Assembly (NCBI GenBank): GCA_902785275.1 | Contig: CACZYB010000001.1 | Span: forward strand, 1 to 64,000 | Source of the DNA: an uncultured Pseudomonadota bacterium | GTDB taxonomy: Bacteria > Pseudomonadota > Alphaproteobacteria > Rs-D84 > CACZYB01 | Direction of reading: 5' to 3' | DNA: 64,000 nucleotides | Shown: piece after piece, positions 46,940 to 57,385 of the stretch | How positions within the stretch are numbered: the first letter of the stretch is position 1 | How the letters are laid out: each line of letters opens with the position of its first letter | Program-made: the position numbers and the translations under genes | Notes under the pieces: model-generated | Database searches by the model: none | Told to the model about the DNA's origin: nothing | Seen by the model: only the letters and a program-made list of their open reading frames with translations

Positions 46940-48307
46940 ATGAAGTCAAAAACTTTATTTGAATGTCAAAATTGTGGCACAAAATATTCTCGTTGGGCCG
47001 GTAAATGTGATGCCTGTGGTTCTTGGAATTCTATTATAGAAGTCAGGGATGAACAAAGTTCTGTTCCAACTGGACTTACTGCTGGTGTTGGTGGGATAAA
47101 ATTATCGTTCCAAGGTCTTAACGGAAAGGTGGAAGATTTCCCACGTACAGAATGCGGTATAAAAGAACTTAACCGTGTTTTGGGTGGTGGTTTGGTTGCC
47201 GGTGGAGTTGTTCTTGTCGGTGGTGATCCTGGAATTGGAAAATCAACAATTCTTCTTCAAACTGTATCTTATATCGCAAATCACGGTGGAAAGGCTTTTT
47301 ATTTAACAGGTGAAGAATCTGTTAATCAGGTTCGTATGCGTGCCATTCGTTTGGGATTACAGGATGCACCTGTAAATCTTGCCGCAAATTCAAACATTCG
47401 CGACATTGTTGCAACACTTAAAGAAGAAGATGATGTAAAAGTTGTGGTAATTGATTCTATTCAAACAATGTTTTTGGATAGTATCGAATCTGCACCAGGA
47501 ACAATATCTCAGGTTCGAAGCTGTGCGAATGAACTCATCCGTCTTGCAAAACTTAAAAATTTTGCTTTGTTTTTGATTGGGCATGTTACAAAAGAAGGTT
47601 CGCTTGCCGGCCCAAGGGTTTTGGAGCATATGGTTGATACCGTTCTTTATTTTGAAGGTGAACGTGGCCATCATTTCCGTATTTTAAGATCCGTTAAAAA
47701 TCGTTATGGCCCAACCGATGAAATTGGTGTTTTCGAAATGACAGATAAGGGCTTAACCGAAGTTGAAAATCCATCTGCTCTTTTCTTGGCTGAACGTAGG
47801 GGAAATATTTCTGGAAATTCAGTATTTGCCGGTGTGGAAGGAACCAGACCAATACTTTTGGAAATACAGGCTCTTGTATCATCATCAAATTATGGAAATG
47901 CAAAACGTTCCGTTGTTGGATATGATATGTCAAGGCTTTCTATGATAACTGCAGTTCTTGATGCACGTGCACACCAGGAATTTTATTCATACGATATATT
48001 TTTAAACATCACAGGGGGATTAAAGATTACTGAACCTGCCGGAGATTTGGCAGTTGCGGTTGCATTGATGTCATCAAAAAATAATGTACCTGCACCGGCA
48101 GATATGGCTATATTCGGTGAAATTGGACTTTCTGGCGAAATTCGTGGTGTAAGCTTTACCGAACAAAGAATAAAAGAAGCTGTAAAACTTGGCTTCAAAA
48201 AAATACTTCTTCCCAAATCGGTAAAGAAAAAATATACCGCACCAGAAAATGTAAAAATTATCGAAATCGGCCATATCCAAGATATAGTTAATATGTTTAT
48301 GAAGTAA
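46940..48307 (+). CDS. radA: DNA repair protein RadA/Sms
   Basis: C4 zinc finger, GGDPGIGKST, VIDSIQT, GHVTKEG, KNRYG, Lon-like C-terminus GEIGLSGEIR. Confidence 0.97.
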   Translation: MKSKTLFECQNCGTKYSRWAGKCDACGSWNSIIEVRDEQSSVPTGLTAGVGGIKLSFQGLNGKVEDFPRTECGIKELNRVLGGGLVAGGVVLVGGDPGIGKSTILLQTVSYIANHGGKAFYLTGEESVNQVRMRAIRLGLQDAPVNLAANSNIRDIVATLKEEDDVKVVVIDSIQTMFLDSIESAPGTISQVRSCANELIRLAKLKNFALFLIGHVTKEGSLAGPRVLEHMVDTVLYFEGERGHHFRILRSVKNRYGPTDEIGVFEMTDKGLTEVENPSALFLAERRGNISGNSVFAGVEGTRPILLEIQALVSSSNYGNAKRSVVGYDMSRLSMITAVLDARAHQEFYSYDIFLNITGGLKITEPAGDLAVAVALMSSKNNVPAPADMAIFGEIGLSGEIRGVSFTEQRIKEAVKLGFKKILLPKSVKKKYTAPENVKIIEIGHIQDIVNMFMK

Positions 48308-48342
48308 TTCCCCATTCTTAAAATAAAGACTAATAACGGTAT

Positions 48343-48373
48343 AAAAAAACCTCCCAGCGGGAGGTTGATTTTT
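48343..48373. terminator. Terminator between radA and the pilin gene
   Basis: AACCTCCC-AGC-GGGAGGTT preceded by an A-run. Confidence 0.75.
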
Positions 48374-48386
48374 CTTAATATAAAGT

Positions 48387-48791
48387 TTAATCCCAACCGT
48401 CAGTATTACCAAGGTTTTGATATGTTGTAACAACATTATCTGCTTCACCTGGATTTGCCATATAGGAAACGACCCAACCAGCAACACCAAGAATTGTTAA
48501 TCCAACGATAAGATAAAACATTTTTTCCCATTCAACAGAACCTTTTTGAATTGCAGTCCAAGCATAAGCAATAAATGCAAATGCAGCCAAAACGAACAAA
48601 GCATTTCTTGTTTGCATGAATAATTTAGCAGCACGCCACAAAAATGCAGTAAAAGGACCTGTTTTAGAAGGATCACCACCACCATATTGACCATTAGCAG
48701 CCCAAACATCAACTGGAACAAATGTTAAAAGAACCAAAAGTCCCAAGCAAAGAAGTGTAGATTTTTTTGTTAAAAACTTGAATATAGACAT
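48387..48791 (-). CDS. VirB2/TrbC-like T4SS pilin
   Basis: Long signal peptide ending VWA, amphipathic helix, two hydrophobic helices separated by G-S-V-E-W-E-K, then IVG..I.G.A..VV. AAGGAG SD; monocistronic. Confidence 0.65.
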   Translation of the reverse strand: MSIFKFLTKKSTLLCLGLLVLLTFVPVDVWAANGQYGGGDPSKTGPFTAFLWRAAKLFMQTRNALFVLAAFAFIAYAWTAIQKGSVEWEKMFYLIVGLTILGVAGWVVSYMANPGEADNVVTTYQNLGNTDGWD

Positions 48792-48872
48792 TTTTTTCTC
48801 CTTTTCTTATGAATACTAAGCTTATTATATCACAATTTTGGCAATATAACAAGAAAATTTTATACAAAAAAA

Positions 48873-49625
48873 TTATAACGAAATCCCCTTCACAAAATGC
48901 TCAACATACTCGTTTTTCGGATTATCCAAATCTTCTGGCTTACCACTCCAAATAATCTTTCCGTCATAAAGCATCACAATTCTGTCCGCAATTTTTCGCG
49001 CAGAATTTATATCATGAGTTATGGTAAGCGCCGTTGCCCCCAACTGCTTTACACAACGAACAATAAGATTATTAATAACATCAGACATAATTGGATCAAG
49101 CCCAGTTGTAGGTTCATCAAAGAAAATAATATTCGGATTATCAGCAATCGCACGGGCAAGCCCTACTCTTTTTCTCATACCACCCGAAAGTTCATCCGGC
49201 ATCATATTTGCAACCTTTGCCGGCAATCCTACATCCTCTAACTTCTCAATCGCAATTTTTCTTGCTTCCTCAGGATTCATTTTATCAATATTAAGAAGTG
49301 AAAACGCAACATTTTCCCAAACACTCATACTATCAAAAAGGGCACCATTTTGGAAAAGCATTCCAATCTTTCGATTATTTTCATAAAATTCTTCTTCGGA
49401 AAAGTTTGTAATTTCCTTTCCATTAATTTTTATACTACCACTATCCGCATCCATAAGGCCAAGCATCAATCGAACACTAACCGATTTACCCATACCACTT
49501 TGGCCCAAAAGTACGACCGATTCACCCTTGTATATAGTCAAATCCAAACCACGAAGCACATACTTCTGACCAAAAGATTTGTATACATTTTTAAGTTCTA
49601 TTACAGGTTCTTTTTCAACTGTCAT
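48873..49625 (-). CDS. mlaF: ABC transporter ATPase MlaF
   Basis: GQSGMGKS, FQNGALFDSM, LSGGMRKRVGLARA, DEPTTGLDP, ITHD. Confidence 0.92.
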   Translation of the reverse strand: MTVEKEPVIELKNVYKSFGQKYVLRGLDLTIYKGESVVLLGQSGMGKSVSVRLMLGLMDADSGSIKINGKEITNFSEEEFYENNRKIGMLFQNGALFDSMSVWENVAFSLLNIDKMNPEEARKIAIEKLEDVGLPAKVANMMPDELSGGMRKRVGLARAIADNPNIIFFDEPTTGLDPIMSDVINNLIVRCVKQLGATALTITHDINSARKIADRIVMLYDGKIIWSGKPEDLDNPKNEYVEHFVKGISL

Positions 49626-49637
49626 ATTGCACCTCTC

Positions 49638-50405
49638 TTAAAAGAATACCGCAGTTAGTACATAGTTAAAAATCAATATAAGTATCGAGGAATACACAAC
49701 CGCATTTGTTGTTGCTTTTCCAACACCATCGGCACCACCTTCGGTATAATATCCATAATAACATCCCATAGATGTAATAATCGCACCAAAGGTTGCACCC
49801 TTTGCAACACCTATTGTCAAATCCATCATCTTCATACTGTTATATGTATCCTTTATATAAACGTATGGATTAAAGCCGAGTTCGTGAATACTTACCAAAA
49901 AGCCACCAAACACACCAATAATATCCGCAATAAGCACCAACAATGGCATAACCAAAATTCCGGCCAAAACCCTTGGTGAAACGATATATTTAAACGGGCT
50001 CATTGATAAAGTCTTAAGAGCATCAATCTGCTCTGTCACCTTCATTGTACCAATACTTGCAGCCATAGTTGCACCGATTCGCCCAGCAACCATCAAGCCT
50101 GCAAATACAGGGCCAAGCTCCCTTGTAATCGCGATTTCAACAACTGTTGCAACCGCACCTTCGGCTGAAAAGCTGGAAAATCCAGAATAGCTTTGAAGTG
50201 CCAAAACCATACCTGCAAAAAGTGCAGTCAAAGACACAACAGGAAGTGAATAAAAACCAATTTCGATAAAGTTTTTCAAAAACACCTTTGGATAATATGG
50301 TGGCGAAAACCAATTATGAATAGTCTGTATCAAAAAAAGTATAAATTGAAATACAGCCTTAACAAAATTAACACCCATATTTCCAACTTTTTGAATCATT
50401 TCCAT
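49638..50405 (-). CDS. mlaE: ABC transporter permease MlaE
   Basis: RELGPVFAGLMVAGRIG, IGTMKVTEQIDAL, GGADGVG.ATT.AVV. Confidence 0.93.
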   Translation of the reverse strand: MEMIQKVGNMGVNFVKAVFQFILFLIQTIHNWFSPPYYPKVFLKNFIEIGFYSLPVVSLTALFAGMVLALQSYSGFSSFSAEGAVATVVEIAITRELGPVFAGLMVAGRIGATMAASIGTMKVTEQIDALKTLSMSPFKYIVSPRVLAGILVMPLLVLIADIIGVFGGFLVSIHELGFNPYVYIKDTYNSMKMMDLTIGVAKGATFGAIITSMGCYYGYYTEGGADGVGKATTNAVVYSSILILIFNYVLTAVFF

Positions 50406-50408
50406 TTT

Positions 50409-51392
50409 TTATTCTCCTCTGAAAAAATCAATAATTTCTTGCATATCATCCGGAAGCTTTGTTTCAAACTTCATCTTTTCACCAGTTATAGGATGACTGA
50501 ATTCTATATTTTTACTATGAAGCATTTGGCGATTAATTTTCATAAGCAAGTTTCTTACATCTTCATTTTCAACCTGAGTAATATGACGTTGAGGATTGCC
50601 ATAAACACTATCCCCTAAAATAGGAGTTCCAATACTTGCCATATGCACACGAATTTGATGAGTTCTACCTGTTTCCAACAAACATTTTACAAGAGCAAGA
50701 GGCTTAAACTTTGGACCACTAAACACCTCTAATGTTTCATAATTTGTAATCGCAGGTTTTCCACCATCAACAACAACTGTCATCTCTTGCCTTGAATGAG
50801 GATTTCGTGCAATATTTTTCTCGATTCGCCCACTTATAGGATTTGGCATACCCCACAACAAAGCATAATATTCACGTTTAACAGAATGATCAGCAAATTG
50901 CTTTTGCATAACCTGATATGCCTTATCACTTTTACAAGCCATCATCGCACCACTGGTATCCTTATCCAATCTGTGAACAATCCCCTGTCTACCAACTTCA
51001 CCACCAACATTTGCAAGCTTTCCATTACAGTGATAAAGAAGAGCATTAACCAAAGTCCCGCTATTCACACCTGCACCTTGATGAACAACCATACCAACAG
51101 GTTTGTTAATAACGATAATATCATCATCTTCGTAAAGTATATCCAGCGGAATATTTTCCGGATTCATAGAAGTTTCAACCTTTTCTTCTGGCACATTGAT
51201 ATGATATATTTCCCCAGCCTTAACATCAATCTTTCCAATATCAACAGAAACGCCATCCTTTAAAACACAACCCTTTTTTATAAATTGTTGTATCTTTGAT
51301 CTGGAAAAATCAGGCATAACCACAGCCAACCATTTATCAAGACGATAGCCATTAAATTCTTCTGCTACTTCAAAATCAAAAACATTTTCCAT
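50409..51392 (-). CDS. rluD: RluA-family pseudouridine synthase RluD
   Basis: S4 domain RLDK...SRSKIQ, NKP.GMVVH, HRLDKDTSG, LETGRTHQIRVH, GD.VYG. Confidence 0.93.
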   Translation of the reverse strand: MENVFDFEVAEEFNGYRLDKWLAVVMPDFSRSKIQQFIKKGCVLKDGVSVDIGKIDVKAGEIYHINVPEEKVETSMNPENIPLDILYEDDDIIVINKPVGMVVHQGAGVNSGTLVNALLYHCNGKLANVGGEVGRQGIVHRLDKDTSGAMMACKSDKAYQVMQKQFADHSVKREYYALLWGMPNPISGRIEKNIARNPHSRQEMTVVVDGGKPAITNYETLEVFSGPKFKPLALVKCLLETGRTHQIRVHMASIGTPILGDSVYGNPQRHITQVENEDVRNLLMKINRQMLHSKNIEFSHPITGEKMKFETKLPDDMQEIIDFFRGE

Positions 51393-51856
51393 TATAATTC
51401 TACACCATCATACTTTTGAATAATATCTTTGTTTGCATTTCCATCAATATTCACCTTCTTGCAATCAGAAATATTGACCTGCATCCTTGGAATAACCCCC
51501 TGAGCAATACTACCCTTAATATTAACAGGACAAATCATATATCCATCTGCCTTCACATTCCTTGAAACAAATGCACCAATAGGACGGGTAATATAGCTAA
51601 GATAAATTTCTGTTGGTGGTTGCAAACAAAAAAGGGTAATCATATTTTTTCCAACAATAGTTTTATAGTATTCCTGATTATACTGACCATAGCATGGAAA
51701 ATTTGTTAAATAATACCCCTGTGTCACAGTCAAATTATCATCACTTTCCACATAAATTTTATATTGTTGATCCGAAACCCTAAACCAATTAGACCATTGT
51801 GAAAAAGAAACATTTGAAATCAAAAGTCCCAAACAAAGAAAAAATATTTTTTTCAT
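51392..51856 (-). CDS. Hypothetical exported protein
   Basis: Signal peptide, four Cys in the mature part, translationally coupled to rluD. Confidence 0.7.
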   Translation of the reverse strand: MKKIFFLCLGLLISNVSFSQWSNWFRVSDQQYKIYVESDDNLTVTQGYYLTNFPCYGQYNQEYYKTIVGKNMITLFCLQPPTEIYLSYITRPIGAFVSRNVKADGYMICPVNIKGSIAQGVIPRMQVNISDCKKVNIDGNANKDIIQKYDGVEL

Positions 51857-51877
51857 TTTATCACCTTTCTAATTCAG

Positions 51878-52555
51878 TTAAATTTTATTTTCATCAACGA
51901 AATCAACTTTTACCCTTGCAACCTGTGATGAAAACTTAAATACCTTGAACATAAAGTCAGTTTTTTCAAGAGGAGCAAGAACTTTCTTTTCAATTTCTCT
52001 TTCTTGTTCCTGAAGAACTCTTTCATCACGATTTTCCAAACGGATAACAAGTTTTGGAACACGCATCTTTTTATTTGTTGGATTATAAACGAAACCACGA
52101 ATAATAATATATTCATTTGTTCCTTCTTTTGTAAGGGTCAAAGGCTTCACAATCTCAACATATAAATCATTTGCCTTTTCCTTTTTATCAACATTTTCAA
52201 AAACATTTCCGCCTTCCTTTGAAGATGATGAATCCATAACAAATCCACCAATAACAAAAATTATAACAAAAAGCACAACTGCCATAAAAAATACCAATAA
52301 ATTTTTAGCATTGAACATTGATAAAAAAGGCAAAACTTTTTTCTGTGAAACTTTTTCTTCTTCATCTGTCAAAATAGATGGAAGTTTATCTTCCTTAACT
52401 TCTACCTTATCAGAACTTTCAAGCTTTCTTGCCTTTTCAATACGTTCATTCCAGATAAAAGCACATTCTGAACATTGAAATTTCATTTCACCATTAACAA
52501 AAGCACTGTCAGCAACTTCAAATTTTGTTTTACATTTAGGACATTCTATAATCAT
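51878..52555 (-). CDS. MJ0042-type zinc-ribbon/DUF3426 membrane protein (ZitP-like)
   Basis: MIIECPKC.TKF.V...G....C.EC...W, one TM, C-terminal I.G.V.N......VP.L...L domain. Divergent from ftsE. Confidence 0.8.
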   Translation of the reverse strand: MIIECPKCKTKFEVADSAFVNGEMKFQCSECAFIWNERIEKARKLESSDKVEVKEDKLPSILTDEEEKVSQKKVLPFLSMFNAKNLLVFFMAVVLFVIIFVIGGFVMDSSSSKEGGNVFENVDKKEKANDLYVEIVKPLTLTKEGTNEYIIIRGFVYNPTNKKMRVPKLVIRLENRDERVLQEQEREIEKKVLAPLEKTDFMFKVFKFSSQVARVKVDFVDENKI

Positions 52556-52687
52556 AATAAACCCCTTTTATAGCTAATTAACAAGACAAAGTATAAATCA
52601 AAGATATTAATTTTTCAATTTATAAAAATAAAATATTTGTATTTTATTAAAAATTTTGTATGATAGAATTCATTAGGGAGAAATAAA

Positions 52688-53377
52688 ATGCCAAAAACAC
52701 AAAGTGATTCAACAAAACCTATCATAAGTCTTCAAAATGCTGGATTAAGATATAATGCTGGTCCTGAAGTATTAAAAGACATAAATCTTGAGTTAAAACC
52801 TGGAGATTTTTACTTTCTTACTGGTGCAAGTGGTGCCGGAAAGACATCATTACTAAAATTATTACATCTTGCCCACAAACCAACTCGTGGAAAAGTAAAA
52901 ATTTTCGGCAAAGACATTGATAATATAAAACAGGAGGATATGGCTCACATCCGTCGCCGTATTGGTATTGTTTTCCAAGATTACCACCTTCTTGATCATC
53001 TTTCTGTTCTTGACAACGTAGCACTTCCTCTTCGTATCGTTGGCAGAAGTGAAAGATACATCCAAACCCACGTTCCCGAACTTATTGAATGGGTCGGATT
53101 AAAAAATTTCATAAATACAAAACCAAAGCTTTTATCTGGTGGTCAACAACAAAGAGTTGCTATTGCCCGTGCAGTTATAAATAATCCAGATATTTTAATT
53201 GCCGATGAACCAACAGGAAATGTTGATGAAGATATGGCAAAAAAACTTTTGTTTCTATTTTTGGAATTAAATAAAATGGGTACAACTGTAATAATCGCAA
53301 CACACAGTACAAATCTTATAAAACAATTTCATTTTCCGGTTTTGCACCTTGAAAATGGTAATTTAACAAGGGTATAA
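52688..53377 (+). CDS. ftsE: Cell division ATPase FtsE
   Basis: LTGASGAGKTS, RRRIGIVFQD, LSGGQQQRVAIARA, ADEPTGNVD. Confidence 0.95.
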   Translation: MPKTQSDSTKPIISLQNAGLRYNAGPEVLKDINLELKPGDFYFLTGASGAGKTSLLKLLHLAHKPTRGKVKIFGKDIDNIKQEDMAHIRRRIGIVFQDYHLLDHLSVLDNVALPLRIVGRSERYIQTHVPELIEWVGLKNFINTKPKLLSGGQQQRVAIARAVINNPDILIADEPTGNVDEDMAKKLLFLFLELNKMGTTVIIATHSTNLIKQFHFPVLHLENGNLTRV

Positions 53378-53378
53378 A

Positions 53379-54257
53379 ATGTTAAAAACAGATATAGCTT
53401 TTAAAACAGATTTAAATAAAAACTTTCTTCCATTCATAACTGCATTTATGGTGTTTGTTGCATCAATAACATTTGCAACTGCACTTATCGGAAATAATCT
53501 TGCAAAAGATTGGAATAATCATATGAACAACAACCTTACTATACAGGTTCTTCCTGATATGAGTGCAAAAATTCCATCCCAAGAAATAGAGGAAAGAATT
53601 AATAATATAACAACAATCCTTAAACAAACTCCTGGTGTGAAATCATACTATGCCATGACCAGAAGTGAAACCATAAATCTTTTAAAACCATGGATTGGTG
53701 ATAAAATTGATATTCCACTTCCACGAATTATTTCTGTGCAAACATCTAATGTAATACCTCTTAATACAAAGACATTAACTTCGGAAATAAAAAAATATTC
53801 TTCTTTAATAAAGTTAGAAACATACGAAACATGGATGTACGATTTAAAAAACACAATATCCGCAGTCCAAACCTTGCTTGGTATGATAATAGTTTTAATT
53901 TTATTAACAACAGCAGTAACAATTTCATATGCAACAAAATCCGGACTTAATATAAATAAAAAAGTTATAAACATTATGCATATGGTTGGTGCAACAAACA
54001 AATACATATCCACACAATTTTCCAGACAGATGATGATTCTTGCCATATCTGGTGGATCAATCGGATATGTTATTTCCTGTATAATCATTATGATAATGAA
54101 AACTATTTCAAAGGATATAAGCGACGGTATAATTGCAAATTTTGAATTCTCCAGCTATGTATATTTACAAATGTTGATAATTCCAATTATTGCTGGTATA
54201 ATAGCAAAGATAAGCGCAATGCTTACCATAAGAAAAGAACTTAACAAAATGGTATAA
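53379..54257 (+). CDS. ftsX: Cell division permease FtsX
   Basis: Four TMs, LLKPWIG...PLPR.I, I..MH.VGAT..YI...F; follows ftsE. Confidence 0.92.
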   Translation: MLKTDIAFKTDLNKNFLPFITAFMVFVASITFATALIGNNLAKDWNNHMNNNLTIQVLPDMSAKIPSQEIEERINNITTILKQTPGVKSYYAMTRSETINLLKPWIGDKIDIPLPRIISVQTSNVIPLNTKTLTSEIKKYSSLIKLETYETWMYDLKNTISAVQTLLGMIIVLILLTTAVTISYATKSGLNINKKVINIMHMVGATNKYISTQFSRQMMILAISGGSIGYVISCIIIMIMKTISKDISDGIIANFEFSSYVYLQMLIIPIIAGIIAKISAMLTIRKELNKMV

Positions 54258-54258
54258 A

Positions 54259-54957
54259 ATGGAAATCGAAAAATACAAAGAAGGTTTTAAACCCAAAAAA
54301 GAAATTTCTGAATCCGAACTTCGTGCAAAAAAATATATACTCTATATTCTTTTTGGAATTGGTATATACTTGCTTGGGTTCATATATTTCGCCCTAACCC
54401 TTGAATATGAACAAGAATACACCAACGAAAAAACCGATGCAATAATCGTGCTTACCGGCGAAACACGAAGAATTACAGACAGTATCGAAGAATTAAACAA
54501 AGGTAACTCTCCTAAACTTTTCATCTCTGGTGTATACCTTCAATCCCCACTTTCAAAACTCATTGATAAAACAATAATAAATTTGCAAAAAGAAGGAAAG
54601 TTAAACTTTTCCCCTGAAGCATTGAAATCAAGGATATCTACCGGAAAGGCAGAAAACACAATCGAAAATGCATTGGAAAGTGCAATATGGGTAAAAAAGA
54701 ATAATGTTAATACCGTTCGTTTGATAACATCATTCTATCATATGCCAAGGTCAAAATTACTTTTCAAAAAATACCTTTCCAAAACAGCAATAATATACCA
54801 CCCAATTTCTTTTTCACAAAGCAGAATTAAGACATTAACTAATACACATATGCTTGGTTTGGTTTTCAGTGAATACAACAAATACATATTAACCTATATC
54901 TGGAACTTAACAGGTTTAGAAACAAAAACAGCATTAAGAATACAAGGAGTTTTATAA
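54259..54957 (+). CDS. YdcF/DUF218 family protein
   Basis: DAIIVLTG...RI, LFISGV, NTIENA.E, LITS.YHMPRS, EYNKY. Confidence 0.9.
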   Translation: MEIEKYKEGFKPKKEISESELRAKKYILYILFGIGIYLLGFIYFALTLEYEQEYTNEKTDAIIVLTGETRRITDSIEELNKGNSPKLFISGVYLQSPLSKLIDKTIINLQKEGKLNFSPEALKSRISTGKAENTIENALESAIWVKKNNVNTVRLITSFYHMPRSKLLFKKYLSKTAIIYHPISFSQSRIKTLTNTHMLGLVFSEYNKYILTYIWNLTGLETKTALRIQGVL

Positions 54958-55691
54958 TGAAAAAATTTATTTTAATTGCTCGTTCAACAATTTACTTCAT
55001 ACTTTTTATGATTACTGCAGTAATATTTTGCATATCCGCAGTTTTCACATCAATTCTTCCATCAAAGGTTACATTCATAACTGCAAGAATATGGTGCCGA
55101 AGCACAATGTTCCTTCTTAAAATATGTTGCGGATTAAAGTATCATGTAACAGGATTGGAAAATATTCCAACAGACAAAACAGTAATCTTTGCATCAAAGC
55201 ATCAATCCGCATGGGAAACATTCGCATATCAACTTTTCCTTAAGCCATGCGTATTCATGTATAAACGCGAACTTGCATTCATCCCACTTTTCGGAATTGC
55301 AATGATTAAAACAAAAAATATTCCAGTAAACAGAGGTCATGGAAACAAAGAAATGATTAAAAGTTTGCGTGCAAGCTTTGCAAAACGCCTTAAAAAATAT
55401 AACGTAATAATTTTCCCAGAAGGTACCCGTACAAAACCAGGTGCAGAACCAAATTACAAATCTGGATTAAGCGTTATCATACAGGCATTAAAAGATGTAG
55501 AAGTTTTACCAATCGCTATGAATTCTGGTGTATTTTGGCCAAAACACGGTTTTATTAAATATCCTGGAACAATAGAAGTTCACATTCTTCCACCAATAAA
55601 ACCATCCGAATTTTCACGTGAGGAATTCCAAACAAAATTGGTATCAGCAATTGAAACTGAACAATCAAAACTTTCCTTAACACACGAATAA
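54957..55691 (+). CDS. plsC: 1-acyl-sn-glycerol-3-phosphate acyltransferase
   Basis: ASKHQSAWET, KREL..IP.FG, IFPEGTR, P.A.NSG.FWP. Confidence 0.92.
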   Translation: MKKFILIARSTIYFILFMITAVIFCISAVFTSILPSKVTFITARIWCRSTMFLLKICCGLKYHVTGLENIPTDKTVIFASKHQSAWETFAYQLFLKPCVFMYKRELAFIPLFGIAMIKTKNIPVNRGHGNKEMIKSLRASFAKRLKKYNVIIFPEGTRTKPGAEPNYKSGLSVIIQALKDVEVLPIAMNSGVFWPKHGFIKYPGTIEVHILPPIKPSEFSREEFQTKLVSAIETEQSKLSLTHE

Positions 55692-55710
55692 AAAATATAA
55701 AAAAAGACAA

Positions 55711-55740
55711 AAACCACCAGATATTTTTCTGGTGTTTTTT
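55711..55740 (+). terminator. Terminator after plsC
   Basis: CACCAGA-TATTTT-TCTGGTG-TTTTTT. Confidence 0.7.
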
Positions 55741-55790
55741 ATTTTAAGTATAAAAGCTTAAAAAACTTTTCCAACATTACCAATAGCAAA

Positions 55791-55820
55791 TAAAAAAAAC
55801 GGAGCATTCACAGCCCCGCC
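55791..55820 (-). terminator. Terminator after the PilV-like operon
   Basis: Minus strand GCGGGGC-TGTGAAT-GCTCCGT-TTTTTTT. Confidence 0.65.
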
Positions 55821-55845
55821 CATAATAAAACTAATCTCCAACTCA

Positions 55846-57375
55846 TTAATACCAACCACTACATGTACTTTCAGCATTAGATGCATACTCACAACGTCTA
55901 TTAAGTTCAAGATGCCATGGAAGAAAACGTAAAGCACCTTGAGGATAATCAGCAGTAACCAACTTATACACATCTCCATACTCATAATACAATGCACGTA
56001 ACACAATAGAAAGCGGAGTCTTTTCAGTAATATCAATACCACCAATTTTCTTTACACCAGTTGCACTACCACTAGTAGCTATCAATGCAGCATTAACATC
56101 TCTAACAACAATATCATTCAAACCAATAGTTGAACCTTCAAGCTTATATGCACCAGATCCCTGAACAGTAACTTTATTAAACTTCAATGCAGGCATTGAA
56201 CTATTTGAAAAATTTTTATCACTATCAAATGAACGAACACTTAAATTATTAATCTTTAAAATATTTGAAACCATACTTGTATCAAATGATAATAAATTAG
56301 TAACAAACATAATTGTTTCACCAGAAACAGCCGGAATTTTTAAATTTATAGTTTTCGAAAATCTTAATTTATTACAATCAGTACTTGCATACTCATATGT
56401 TGCTTCTGGTGCAGGATCTTCCAACAGACAATTTGAAACACCATTAAAATCCAAATTACCATTCACAGTTAAATATCTTTGTAACATAACTGTTTTCAAA
56501 GTATCATCCGAAAACAAAAGATTCGACATCTGAAGTCCCAATGGAAATATCAATTGCCCAAGCACAGTCATATCACCATTTGAAAGAGACAATTTTGCAA
56601 CATCCGCTGCTTCACCTGTTTCATCAGCCTCACTTCCGCCAATCGCGATATCGTTAAATTCAGATTTAATAGCACCATCACTACCCTTTAAATTAAAACT
56701 ACCTAACTCTAAAAAACCACCAATAAATAAATTTCTTGCATTGTAAATACTTTGCATATTCATATGCAAATCAGTTTCCATAGTTGATGAACCAATACCA
56801 GCTTTTTTTGAAACGAACTTATATTCCTTTCGAGAAAGTCCAGTCTTTACAACAATAGAAGTTTTATCAATATCATTTCTATCCTCATTCCATGGAGCAA
56901 CAGCAAGTTGCCAATCCGCACCATAAACAAGACCATCTTCGACATAACCAGCATAACCTTTTGATTCTTTCACAATATCTTTTATACGCATTGTAGGAAT
57001 ATTTTTTTCACCTGTTGCAATAACAATCGCATCATAAACTGTTCTTTTATTATCATCTTGTGAAAGCTTTACCCTAACCTTATATTCCTGGCCAAGAACA
57101 TTCTTTTTTTGAAAAGCTTTATCCAAACCACTTTCATACAAATCATCAAAACTAATATCGATAAGATTTTTTTCAAATGTTGGTTGACGTTTCAAATAAT
57201 TTTCCACCGCAGTTTTAAGTTTAATCAAATCACGAACAATCATCTGGTTTCTTAAAGTATCAGAACGTCTTTTGGCATCACGTTGTATAAACGGAAATAT
57301 AGCCACCATTATCGCAAGCATAAAAATAACTTCCAATAAAATACCACCACTAACACTTTTATTTTTTTTCATCAT
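55846..57375 (-). CDS. Shufflon-PilV-like type IV prepilin adhesin (paralog 3)
   Basis: Class III signal KKNKSVSG|GILLEVIFMLAI, KNVLGQEY, GYAGYV.DG..YG..W, TMETDLHMNMQSIYN. Confidence 0.7.
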   Translation of the reverse strand: MMKKNKSVSGGILLEVIFMLAIMVAIFPFIQRDAKRRSDTLRNQMIVRDLIKLKTAVENYLKRQPTFEKNLIDISFDDLYESGLDKAFQKKNVLGQEYKVRVKLSQDDNKRTVYDAIVIATGEKNIPTMRIKDIVKESKGYAGYVEDGLVYGADWQLAVAPWNEDRNDIDKTSIVVKTGLSRKEYKFVSKKAGIGSSTMETDLHMNMQSIYNARNLFIGGFLELGSFNLKGSDGAIKSEFNDIAIGGSEADETGEAADVAKLSLSNGDMTVLGQLIFPLGLQMSNLLFSDDTLKTVMLQRYLTVNGNLDFNGVSNCLLEDPAPEATYEYASTDCNKLRFSKTINLKIPAVSGETIMFVTNLLSFDTSMVSNILKINNLSVRSFDSDKNFSNSSMPALKFNKVTVQGSGAYKLEGSTIGLNDIVVRDVNAALIATSGSATGVKKIGGIDITEKTPLSIVLRALYYEYGDVYKLVTADYPQGALRFLPWHLELNRRCEYASNAESTCSGWY

Positions 57376-57385
57376 ATTTTCCTAA

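Noticed and set aside
48873-50405. mlaEF without mlaD as a novel transporter
   Set aside because: mlaD is commonly encoded elsewhere in alphaproteobacteria, so absence from this window is uninformative.
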